Part shown: positions 9,156 to 17,707 of the stretch, piece after piece
Layout of the letters: every line of letters starts with the position of its first letter
Position numbering within the stretch: position 1 is the first letter of the stretch
Notes under the pieces: generated by a model
Database searches by the model: none
Told to the model about the DNA's origin: nothing
The model's input: the letters and a program-made list of their open reading frames with translations, nothing else
NCBI GenBank assembly: GCA_965227295.1
Contig: OZ245742.1
Location: 3,136,001-3,200,000, forward strand
Length of the DNA: 64,000 nt
Reading direction: 5' to 3'
From: Leptonemataceae bacterium
GTDB lineage: Bacteria; Spirochaetota; Leptospiria; Leptospirales; Leptonemataceae
Made by a program: the position numbers and the translations under genes

Positions 9156-10829
9156 TTACAGACCATACTCTTTCTTGAGCGCCCGGACGTCCGGAACCTG
9201 GCGTTGCAGTACATCAAAGTGCGCGCGAAACTTCGCATCCCGCGCCGGATCGTAGAGCAAAATTTCCGCCACGCCGCAGTGCAGCCTCAGGCGTGGTTCG
9301 CCGAACTCCGCAAGGATCTTCTCCCGGGGCAGTCGTTCGGTGATTACAAAGTTAAACTGATCGGCAGTTAGATCGTCGCGGGTGAACATGGTGAGATTGT
9401 TGACCCAGTAGTAGACGCCCAGGTCCCCGTCCCGGAGTTGCAGGATGTGCAGGCCGGCTTCGTTCAGCAGGTTCACGGGCTTCGTGTTCCAGTAATCGGC
9501 GTAACCGTAGCGCAGGCCGTGTTCCGCGGCCAGTTCTTCCAGGCACGGCGTCAGCGTGCCGCGTTGATCGGCGTCCGGCAGGCGATGGCCGCTGACGAAG
9601 AGCACCCCGGCGACAAGCGCGGAAACCAGGCCCCCGCTCACCACGGGCACGAGCGCCGTTGCCCGGCCGCGCTCGTGCAGCAGTAACACAACAAAGGCCG
9701 GGCCGAAGAGAAACGGAAGCACGTACAGCGGATAACCGTAGCGCACCTCGGCCAGGCCTAACTGTGCGCCGACTAAAACTAAGGCGGCCGTGCTCAAGGC
9801 GAGGCAGAGACCCACGGCCGCCGCCAGAAAAAAGCGTTGCTGTTCGAACTCGCCGTCTCGCCGCCGGAACCAGCGCAGGAGCACCAGGCCGAGAAGTACG
9901 ACGAACAGCAGGCCCGCCGCCCAGTAGACGACGGACGTACGCTCGATCAGCGTTTCCGCGAGGGCAACGTAGCGGCCGAGATCGAACAGGTCGTGCCACT
10001 CCACAAGCTGCTTGAACATCTCGGAAAAGTAGCGCGGCGAAAGCAGCAACCACTCACGCTCGCGGACCAGGTCCGTGAGCGGTTCGGCGAATCGCACGGG
10101 AATCAGAATCGCGGCGAGGCGCAGACCCAGGCGCAGCAACGTGTCGTGCCCCGGTCGCAGCAGACGATGCAACAGCACCAGCACCGCCGCCGGATACGAG
10201 CCGTAGATCAAGAAGAGTTTATCCGAGGGCGCTGCAAACAGACTCAACAACGCGACGGCGATCAGCACGACAAACCAGCGCGCGTTCATCACGGAAGCAA
10301 ACGAAGCCTGACACAGTCGCAGTAAGATCAACGCGGCGAGAAACGCGCCGCCGTGGAACGAGGGAATCCAGAACTCACTCAGCCGGATCTTCTGAAAACC
10401 AGCGGCCACGAGTACGGCAAAGAGACACATGCCCAGGGACACCGCCCAGTCCAGCCGGCGGGCCAGGCCGTCGTCGTTTTTTTGCAGCCGACGCAGCATC
10501 GACATGGCGGTGAGGCTGATCAGTGTGCCGAAGAGCAGGGCGTAGCACAATTGCGCCGCGCCCGCAAAGCTTCCCGGAGTGGAAGTTAAGATTCGCGCCA
10601 GTAGAACCGACGGAATCATGAGCAGGCCGTCGGGGACCAGGACCGGCGCCGGGGGCGGCGTCCATTCCCGAAACGGCCGGCCGGCCAGCACATCGTCCAC
10701 GAGCATGAGCATATAGACGTTGTCGCCGTCGAGCAACGGCGGGATCGGTTCTTCCCAGGGCGATTGCGAGAACACCGCGAGCACGCCCAGCAGCGGTGGA
10801 ACCAGCACGAAGAAGCGATGCAGCTTCAC
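9156..10829 (-). CDS. Polytopic membrane protein, possibly GT-C-like
   Basis: DGDNVY loop, many TM helices, C-terminal YGYADYWNTKP extracytoplasmic domain. GTG start overlaps the TAL TGA stop (GTGA). Confidence 0.6.
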   Translation of the reverse strand: MKLHRFFVLVPPLLGVLAVFSQSPWEEPIPPLLDGDNVYMLMLVDDVLAGRPFREWTPPPAPVLVPDGLLMIPSVLLARILTSTPGSFAGAAQLCYALLFGTLISLTAMSMLRRLQKNDDGLARRLDWAVSLGMCLFAVLVAAGFQKIRLSEFWIPSFHGGAFLAALILLRLCQASFASVMNARWFVVLIAVALLSLFAAPSDKLFLIYGSYPAAVLVLLHRLLRPGHDTLLRLGLRLAAILIPVRFAEPLTDLVREREWLLLSPRYFSEMFKQLVEWHDLFDLGRYVALAETLIERTSVVYWAAGLLFVVLLGLVLLRWFRRRDGEFEQQRFFLAAAVGLCLALSTAALVLVGAQLGLAEVRYGYPLYVLPFLFGPAFVVLLLHERGRATALVPVVSGGLVSALVAGVLFVSGHRLPDADQRGTLTPCLEELAAEHGLRYGYADYWNTKPVNLLNEAGLHILQLRDGDLGVYYWVNNLTMFTRDDLTADQFNFVITERLPREKILAEFGEPRLRLHCGVAEILLYDPARDAKFRAHFDVLQRQVPDVRALKKEYGL

Positions 10830-12364
10830 GACGACGGGCCTCGTTCATTCAGGAACGCCGCCGCGATGCGCTCCAGATCGCTTCTTAATTCACGGTCATC
10901 CGAAGTTAGTGGTGCGAACTCGGGCAGGCCGTCGTCCGCACCGCGCCGGCCGTCGCGCAGCGCGGCCAGTTGTTCGACGGCCATGTGCAAGCCGGCCAGG
11001 ATGTATGCCAGGCGTTCGTTTTGTTCGTAGGAGACCCGGGCCGCTTCCGCGGCCATGGGCACGATGTCCTGGTTGCCGGCGTTCGTCGGGATCGTGCCGG
11101 TGGCGTGAGAACGTGCGTGGGAGCGCATCTCCGCGGCGATCGCGGTGATCGTGAGTTGCAGGCCGGCCAGGCCCGACGTCGCGCCCGGTCGCGGGGCCAG
11201 GAGCAGCGGCGCCCCGCCGTTGATAGTCGGATTGAGAAGATCGTCCAGTTGCCGTTCGGCGAGCAGGCCGGACTGGGTCAGGGCCGCGCCGACGGCGTCG
11301 CCGGCGAAGGCGACGTGCTGGGCGAAGAAGTTCCCGCCGTGCAGCAGTCGGTTCTGCTCCGCAAAGATCAACGGGTTGTCGTCCACGCCGTTCATTTCCG
11401 TTTCGATCGTGTGCCGGGCGTACTCCAGTTGGTCCCGAACGGCGCCGAGGACCTGCGGGACACAGCGCAGGGAATATATTTCCTGAAGTGGGCGTTCAGT
11501 TTTTGTGGATTGTCGGAGATGCTCCGGCGCTCTCTGGATTTCCGCGCGCACCGCCGCGGCCGTAGCCGTCTGGCCGGGATGGCCCTTCGCCGCATGCAGG
11601 GCCTCATCCATGGCGTCGTGGGAACAACCGAGCACGGCGTAAAGGCGACCCGCCAGGCGCTCCGCCGTCATCAACAAATGTTGCCCCCGTTCGAGGGCGA
11701 GGGCCGCCCAGGCCGTGGAAAAAGATGTGCCGTTCACCAGGGCCAGGGCCTCGCGCGGATTCAGCGCGAACGCCGCGCGCGGATTCAGACGCAGGTACTC
11801 CGCGGCCGGGAGCCGCGTGTCGTTGTCCGGGGAGCGCATGGTCCCCCGTCCGGCCAGAATGCGTGCGATGTGTGCGAGGGGGACCAGGTCGCCGCTGGCC
11901 CCGAGAGAACCGCTCACCGGAACGGACGGATACTCCGGCCGGGATAACAGCGACGCATAGGCCGCGCACATTTCCGGGCGCACACCGGAGCGCGCGCGAG
12001 AGAGCGTGAGGCAGCGCAGCAAGATGGCTGCGCGGACCACGCGGCGCGGTGTGTCCGGGCCGGCGCCGACGGCCAGGTGTTCCAGCAGATTTTGTGCGTG
12101 CGGCTCCGGCTTCGCAGCGCCCGATCCGACATGCGGGCCGAATCCCGTGGTCCATCCGTAGACGGCTTCGCCGCGATCCACCAGGTTCCGCAGTACTTCG
12201 GCCGAGCGGGACAGGGCCGCGCGAGTCGAGTCGGCGATTTCCAACCGAAGCCGGGGTTGGTCCGCAAGCCCGGCAAGTTGTTCTGTGTTCCACACGGAGT
12301 CGGATGCGAGAGAGATCTGAACCATAGGCGAGAGAGGACCGCGAAGAGACGGAGTACTCGACAC
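10826..12364 (-). CDS. tal: Tyrosine ammonia-lyase (MIO aromatic amino acid lyase)
   Basis: VYGWTTGFG, GSLGASGDLVPLAH (MIO ASG), LALVNGT, LQEIYSLRC, NQDIVPMA. NLLEHL places His-Leu at the specificity switch, as in TALs. Adjacent to pyp. Start may be ATG 12325. Confidence 0.88.
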   Translation of the reverse strand: MSSTPSLRGPLSPMVQISLASDSVWNTEQLAGLADQPRLRLEIADSTRAALSRSAEVLRNLVDRGEAVYGWTTGFGPHVGSGAAKPEPHAQNLLEHLAVGAGPDTPRRVVRAAILLRCLTLSRARSGVRPEMCAAYASLLSRPEYPSVPVSGSLGASGDLVPLAHIARILAGRGTMRSPDNDTRLPAAEYLRLNPRAAFALNPREALALVNGTSFSTAWAALALERGQHLLMTAERLAGRLYAVLGCSHDAMDEALHAAKGHPGQTATAAAVRAEIQRAPEHLRQSTKTERPLQEIYSLRCVPQVLGAVRDQLEYARHTIETEMNGVDDNPLIFAEQNRLLHGGNFFAQHVAFAGDAVGAALTQSGLLAERQLDDLLNPTINGGAPLLLAPRPGATSGLAGLQLTITAIAAEMRSHARSHATGTIPTNAGNQDIVPMAAEAARVSYEQNERLAYILAGLHMAVEQLAALRDGRRGADDGLPEFAPLTSDDRELRSDLERIAAAFLNERGPSS

Positions 12365-12466
12365 GAACGGGAAGGCACGCGAAATTTATACCGCATCTGA
12401 ATTTTTGCGAAGCCGGATCGGCGCCCGCCCCTTATCCTGGAGGGAACAAACGAAGGAATTGTTGCT

Positions 12467-12895
12467 ATGAGTGATCTGATTACAAAATTTCAGGAAAAAG
12501 GCGAACGCCAGGCGCAATCCGGGGCGAATTTCGTACCGGAAAGCGTATTCGAAAACATTGAGAGCTACTCGCCGGAACAAATCGACGATCTGGACTTCGG
12601 TGTCATCCGCCTGGATGACGAAGGCAAGATCCTCTATTACAGTCGCTACGAGTCCGAGTTTTCCGGCGTCGCGAAGAACGAGGCCATGGGCAAGAATTTC
12701 TTCTACGAGGTGGCACCGTGCACGAACAACCGGCTCTTTCTCGGCAGCTTTCAGCGCGGCGTGGAGCAGGGCAGCCTCAAGATCATGTTCTTTTACACCT
12801 TTACCTATCGCATGAAGCCGACCTACGTAAAAGTCTTCCTGTTCAAAAGGAAAGCCGGCGATAACTGGATCTTCATTAAGAAAATGGCCACCTGA
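12467..12895 (+). CDS. pyp: Photoactive yellow protein
   Basis: Aligns without gaps to the H. halophila PYP core: FGVIRLD, Y42, E46, GKNFF.EVAPC69T, YTF.Y.M100.P..VKV. Confidence 0.95.
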   Translation: MSDLITKFQEKGERQAQSGANFVPESVFENIESYSPEQIDDLDFGVIRLDDEGKILYYSRYESEFSGVAKNEAMGKNFFYEVAPCTNNRLFLGSFQRGVEQGSLKIMFFYTFTYRMKPTYVKVFLFKRKAGDNWIFIKKMAT

Positions 12896-12896
12896 T

Positions 12897-14438
12897 ATGG
12901 CGTCGCGGGAGACCAGGTACCCCCGTGGCTCCCGGCTTCTGCTGGAAGACTGGAAGTCCGCATTCTATCACACGTTGCGTGATCAGCCGTATCCGCTGCT
13001 GGTCTTCGATCGCAACGTCGTGCCGGCAGCGTCGTTGTGGACCGGCGCCCGGCTCTGGGTGCGCGCCTTTCGTGCGGCCGGTCTTGGGCCCGGGGATCGC
13101 GTTGTACTGGCGGTGCCGCCGTCGCCGGAATTCCTGTATGTAATGATCGCCGCTTTGAGTGAACGGCTGTGCCTCGCACCCATCGTCGTCCATGACGAAG
13201 ATCTCACGCGCCCGGACTTTCTGGCCGACGTGCAACGCATCGTGACGGAAGAAGCCGACGCGCGCCTGGCCGTCGTCCGCGGCAACGGAACGAAGAGCGC
13301 GGAGTACATCTGGGCGACGGACGCCGGCGGCCTGCCCCCGGCATGCAACGAACCCGCGGGGGAATCCTTCGAATTGCCGCAACTGCGGTCGAGTACGCAA
13401 CCGGCGCAACCGGATTTACGTCTGCTGCTGCGCACGTCCGGTTCCACCGCACAGCCGCGCCTGGTCGCATTGACCGATGCCAATCTGTTCGCGGTGCTAA
13501 TGTCACATCAGAAAGTATTAAGAGATTCCGCCGGTGACGACGGGATACCGCGGGTCTTGTCGGTGCTGCCCTGGGCTCACGCCTTCGGTTTGATGATCGA
13601 TCTCTTGCCGGCCCTGTTGAGCCGTGCCGAGATCGTCCGCGATCCGCAGGCAGGGCGATCCACGCGGTCCATTCTAAGTCGCGCACAAGAACACGACATC
13701 ACCCATCTCTCCGGTGTGCCGCTCATCTTTCGCCGGCTCTTCGCAGACGCCGACGGCCGGGCGTTGGTGCGTCGGTTGCGCGGCGGCGTGATCGGCGGGG
13801 CGCCGGTGACGTCGAGCCTGGCCCGGGAGTTGCGCTCCACGCGATTGCGTGCGGGCTACGGACAGACCGAGGCCGGGCCGGGTCTGACCCTGGGCGAACC
13901 GGGGGAGTGGCCGGTCGCCGGTTACCTCGGACGGGCCGCGGGCTGCGAACTGCGCGTGAACGATCAGCAGGAGCTTGAGTTTCGCGGAGCGAATGTTTGC
14001 GCCGGCATCTGGAACGGCGCGCGCGGTTTGCAACCGCTGCGAACGACGCCGGACGGCTTCGCGCCCACCGGGGATCTGGTCGGCACCCTGCACGATACGG
14101 AATCATCGTCGCCGGCGTTCGTGTTTCAGGGCCGGCGGGATGATTCGTTCAAGCTGGAGAACGGCCGTTTTGTACGCGCGGGAATGTTTGAAGCGCGCTT
14201 GATCGAATGTTTTCCGGACGCAATGGATGAGGTGATCGTCTACAGCCCGGACGGCGCTTCGATCCTGGTGGGTTACGTTCGCGGCAATGCGGACGGTGCC
14301 GAGCCTTCCATCGATGCGGTACGTCGCGCCGCGGGTTTGCGGGTGGATCGGGTCCAGGCCCTGGATCCGCGAAACATCGTTCGTACACGCAAGGGCGAGA
14401 TCGATCGGCGGCGCACCCTGGAACGACTCACGAACTGA
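12897..14438 (+). CDS. pcl: p-coumarate:CoA ligase-like AMP-binding enzyme
   Basis: RTSGSTAQPR (AMP-binding), LPWAHAFG, GYGQTE, TGDL, GRRDDSFKLENG. Starts 1 bp after the pyp stop. Confidence 0.85.
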   Translation: MASRETRYPRGSRLLLEDWKSAFYHTLRDQPYPLLVFDRNVVPAASLWTGARLWVRAFRAAGLGPGDRVVLAVPPSPEFLYVMIAALSERLCLAPIVVHDEDLTRPDFLADVQRIVTEEADARLAVVRGNGTKSAEYIWATDAGGLPPACNEPAGESFELPQLRSSTQPAQPDLRLLLRTSGSTAQPRLVALTDANLFAVLMSHQKVLRDSAGDDGIPRVLSVLPWAHAFGLMIDLLPALLSRAEIVRDPQAGRSTRSILSRAQEHDITHLSGVPLIFRRLFADADGRALVRRLRGGVIGGAPVTSSLARELRSTRLRAGYGQTEAGPGLTLGEPGEWPVAGYLGRAAGCELRVNDQQELEFRGANVCAGIWNGARGLQPLRTTPDGFAPTGDLVGTLHDTESSSPAFVFQGRRDDSFKLENGRFVRAGMFEARLIECFPDAMDEVIVYSPDGASILVGYVRGNADGAEPSIDAVRRAAGLRVDRVQALDPRNIVRTRKGEIDRRRTLERLTN

Positions 14439-14464
14439 ATACAGGCAAACATAACGGGAGAACC

Positions 14465-15241
14465 ATGGATTCATTACAGGCTATCAAAAATAAATACAAT
14501 ACCGAGAATATTGAGAACACGTTGCAGGAGATCCTGGCGGACAGTCCGCTCTCCGAAGAGCAGCGCGCGAAGTTGCTTTCGGACAAGCGGGAACTCTGGA
14601 ATTCTTTCGTGGAGACCGCGGAGAACGTCGACGAAGCAACCGATTTTCGCAAAGTGGTGGCGAACCAGTACATCGAACTGAAGAGCCGTTGGTTTCTTTT
14701 GAACACGCAGATTCAGTACCAGACCTTTCTCGACGGCATGGCCGAGCCGATGACGACGTTCCGGGCGTCCCTGGTGAGTCATCTGGTGGGATTCTTCGAG
14801 GGCTGTCTGCCCGGGAACGACCTGGCGGCCATCAATCGTTTTCTGACGGATCCCATGCGCGACGATCTGGGTGATCTTTTGGTGCGCCTGGACCGCGTCA
14901 GCGAGGTCGTGGAATCCGAAGCGAGCATGGAACGGCAGCTCGTCGATCTCTACGCGGACCGGGAGGCGTTACGGAACGCCGTCGGTACCGAGAACGCCGA
15001 AGCCATCGCCGGCATGATCCAATCCCTCCAGGGCCAGGTGGAAGATCTTTACGCGGATCGCGAGAAGTTACAGAATGCCCTGGGCACCGCGGATGCGGAG
15101 GCCCTTGCGGATATGATGCAGAGCATGGACGCGCAGTTGAACGATCTCTACGGCGACATGGAGAACGCCGTCATCATTGACGGGCGGGAGATTCGCATCC
15201 TGGGGCCGCGCAAAGTCATCATCCGAAAAAAGAAAAATTGA
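14465..15241 (+). CDS. Uncharacterised helical protein with 2.5 tandem 33-aa repeats, pyp-operon associated
   Basis: GGGAG RBS. Repeats SMERQLVDLYADREAL / SLQGQVEDLYADREKL / SMDAQLNDLYGDMEN start at 14924, 15023, 15122 (exact 99-bp period). Confidence 0.85.
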   Translation: MDSLQAIKNKYNTENIENTLQEILADSPLSEEQRAKLLSDKRELWNSFVETAENVDEATDFRKVVANQYIELKSRWFLLNTQIQYQTFLDGMAEPMTTFRASLVSHLVGFFEGCLPGNDLAAINRFLTDPMRDDLGDLLVRLDRVSEVVESEASMERQLVDLYADREALRNAVGTENAEAIAGMIQSLQGQVEDLYADREKLQNALGTADAEALADMMQSMDAQLNDLYGDMENAVIIDGREIRILGPRKVIIRKKKN

Positions 15242-15267
15242 ATCAGACTAACACAACAGGAGTAACT

Positions 15268-16065
15268 ATGAAACGGATTATATTCATCGCAATGATGCTG
15301 ATCCTCGTCGCGACGTTCGTGCAGTGCGGCGGGGCGAAGCCGAAGATCACGGCCGCGCCGCTGGAGTACACCCAGGGTGACAAAACCTTCGAAGGTTTCC
15401 TCGCTTACGACGAAAACGCCACCGGTAAACGCCCGGCGGTGTTGGTGATTCACGCCTGGATGGGCCTGGACGACTACGCGAAGAATCGCGCGAAACAACT
15501 CGCCGAACTTGGTTACGTGGCCTTCGCCATGGATGTATACGGCAAGGGTATCCGCGCCAAAGACCACGACGAGGCCGGCCAACTCATGGGCCAGTATGCC
15601 GGCGATCGTGATCTCTTACGTTCGCGCATGGATCGTGCGCTGGAAGTGCTGCGCGAAAATCCGAACGTGGACCCGAACAAAATCGCGGCCATCGGCTACT
15701 GCTTCGGCGGCATGTCGGTGATCGAACTGGCTCTCTCCGGCGCGGATGTCGAAGGCGTGGTTTCGTTCCACGGCGTGCTGATGTCGCCGAACCTGGAGAG
15801 CGGCGTGAGCAACGTTAAGGCCCCGATTCAGATTCATCACGGCGCGGACGACAGCTTCACTCCCGCAGAGCAGGTCAACGCGATGAAGACGACCCTGGAA
15901 GAAGCCGAGAACGTGAAGCTGGAATGGTACGAGTATCCCGGCGCGGTTCACGCGTTTACGGTGGAAGCCGCCGGCGACGATCCCTCGGACGGCCTCGCGT
16001 ACAACAAAGCAGCCGACGAGAAGTCCTGGGCGCGGATGAAGGAATTCTTAAACGACGTGCTGTAA
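15268..16065 (+). CDS. Dienelactone hydrolase family protein, predicted lipoprotein
   Basis: AGGAG RBS, MKRIIFIAMMLILVATFVQ-C lipobox, GYCFGG nucleophile elbow, VSFHG, HAFT. Confidence 0.9.
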   Translation: MKRIIFIAMMLILVATFVQCGGAKPKITAAPLEYTQGDKTFEGFLAYDENATGKRPAVLVIHAWMGLDDYAKNRAKQLAELGYVAFAMDVYGKGIRAKDHDEAGQLMGQYAGDRDLLRSRMDRALEVLRENPNVDPNKIAAIGYCFGGMSVIELALSGADVEGVVSFHGVLMSPNLESGVSNVKAPIQIHHGADDSFTPAEQVNAMKTTLEEAENVKLEWYEYPGAVHAFTVEAAGDDPSDGLAYNKAADEKSWARMKEFLNDVL

Positions 16066-16106
16066 CAAATCGAAGACGAGAAGGGGCGCCAGGCAGATGA
16101 TTTTCC

Positions 16107-16145
16107 CTCGGTGCCTCGGTGCCTCGGTGGTGAAAAATCTTCACC
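16107..16145. repeat. Half copy of the CTCGGTNC intergenic repeat followed by a GGTGAA/TTCACC hairpin between convergent genes
   Basis: ctcggtgcctcggtgcctcggtgg matches the arm motif of the hairpins at 43685, 44917 and 62221. Confidence 0.6.
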
Positions 16146-17619
16146 CCATCCCGAACGAAAGCGCGAGATAGGCGCATCCGAGGAACGCGAAGAACCCGCC
16201 CACGTCCGTGCACGTCGTCACGAGAATGCTCGAAGCGATCGCCGGGTCGATGCCCGTGCGTCGTAGAAAGATGGGGATGAGCGTGCCCGCCGTGGCCGCG
16301 ACGGTAAGATTAAACAACAGCGCCAGAAAAATTACGCCGCCGAGCATAAGTTCCGCGGTAAACAGAAAGACCGCCGCGCCGGTCAACAGGCCGATCATCA
16401 AACCGTTCATGAGGCCGATCAACGACTCGCGATAAAGCGCGCGCCTGGTGTTCGTGGGCGTAAGTTCTCCCAGGGCAATGTTACGGATTACCAGGGCCAT
16501 GGACTGGGAGCCCGCGTTGCCGCCCATGCCGGCGACGATGGGCATCAGAGCCGAAAGGATGACCTTTTTTTCGATGGTGGTTTCGAAGAGGCCGATTACC
16601 GCGGCGCTCAGGAAGGCCGTGGTGAGGTTGACGGCCAGCCAGAGCATGCGTTGCAGCGACGAGCGCAGCAGCGGAGAGCCCAGGGTTTCTTCGCCGCTCA
16701 CCCCGCCCATGCGCTGGATGTCTTCGGTGGCCTCGGCCTCGACGACCTCTAAGACGTCGTCCACGGTAATGCGCCCCACCAGCACGCCGCGGTCGTCCAC
16801 GACGGGGGCCGTAAAAAAGTCGTAGCGCGTAAAGAAGCGCGCCACTTCTTCCTGGTCGGTGAGCACGGGAATCGGCAACAGCTCTTCTTCGATGATGCGC
16901 TTCACCTTCGTCTGCGGCTTCGCGAGAATGAGCTTCGCGATGCGCATGTGTCCCTTGTAACGGCCGTCCTTGTCCACGACGTAAACGTTGTGAATCTCGT
17001 CCGACGGTTTGGACATTTTGCGGATGGAAGAGATGGCCTTCTTGACCGTGTCGCTCTCCTGGACCGAAACGAATTCCTTGGTCATGATCGCGCCGGCGGT
17101 GTTTTCCGGATAGCTGAGGAGTTCGGTGACCTTTACGCGATCCTGATGCGGGACGTGCGAAAGGATTTCGGAAACGCGTTCGAGATTGAGTTCTTCCAGC
17201 AGGTCCGCCGCCTGGTCCGAAGGCTGTTCGACCAGGATTTGCGCGACGTCCGAGGGCGGAATGACGTCTTCGAGGTAATGATCGCGCAGCGTATCGTCGA
17301 GTTCACGCAGGACTTCGCCCTGTTCGTCCGGCGAGAGTAATTGGAAGATTTGATGGCCCTGTTCGAAATCCAGGTGCTCGAGTAAATCGGCGATGTCCGA
17401 GGCGTAGATGTCGTCGAGAAACGTGCGCAGTTCTTCGGCGTGCTGTTCTTTAAGGAGACGCCGAACGTGTTCCTGCCAGTCCTGCTCTTCGCGGCGGAGG
17501 GGATCCGGTTCGATGGGCGTCTTCGCGATCTCCGGTGCCGCCTCGCGTTCTTCTGCACGGGCTGCTGCCGCCGGGGCGGTTTCTTCGACCTTCTCCACGA
17601 ATACATTCGAAGTCTGCAC
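16141..17619 (-). CDS. mgtE: Magnesium transporter MgtE
   Basis: MgtE_N, CBS pair (AGAIMT, GRITVDDV), MPIVAGMGGNAGSQ, DPAIAS, TTCTDV. Confidence 0.95.
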   Translation of the reverse strand: MQTSNVFVEKVEETAPAAAARAEEREAAPEIAKTPIEPDPLRREEQDWQEHVRRLLKEQHAEELRTFLDDIYASDIADLLEHLDFEQGHQIFQLLSPDEQGEVLRELDDTLRDHYLEDVIPPSDVAQILVEQPSDQAADLLEELNLERVSEILSHVPHQDRVKVTELLSYPENTAGAIMTKEFVSVQESDTVKKAISSIRKMSKPSDEIHNVYVVDKDGRYKGHMRIAKLILAKPQTKVKRIIEEELLPIPVLTDQEEVARFFTRYDFFTAPVVDDRGVLVGRITVDDVLEVVEAEATEDIQRMGGVSGEETLGSPLLRSSLQRMLWLAVNLTTAFLSAAVIGLFETTIEKKVILSALMPIVAGMGGNAGSQSMALVIRNIALGELTPTNTRRALYRESLIGLMNGLMIGLLTGAAVFLFTAELMLGGVIFLALLFNLTVAATAGTLIPIFLRRTGIDPAIASSILVTTCTDVGGFFAFLGCAYLALSFGMG

Positions 17620-17707
17620 GCCCCGGGCGTCAAATCATCTTGCGCGCGCCGAATGAAATATACTCGACAGTGCCCGCGACGAAACGTATTCATCTTTGGG
17701 TAGGCTC

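Noticed and set aside
10826..12364. Histidine ammonia-lyase (hutH)
   Set aside because: Specificity region reads EHL rather than the SH of HALs, no hut genes nearby, and the gene adjoins pyp-pcl.
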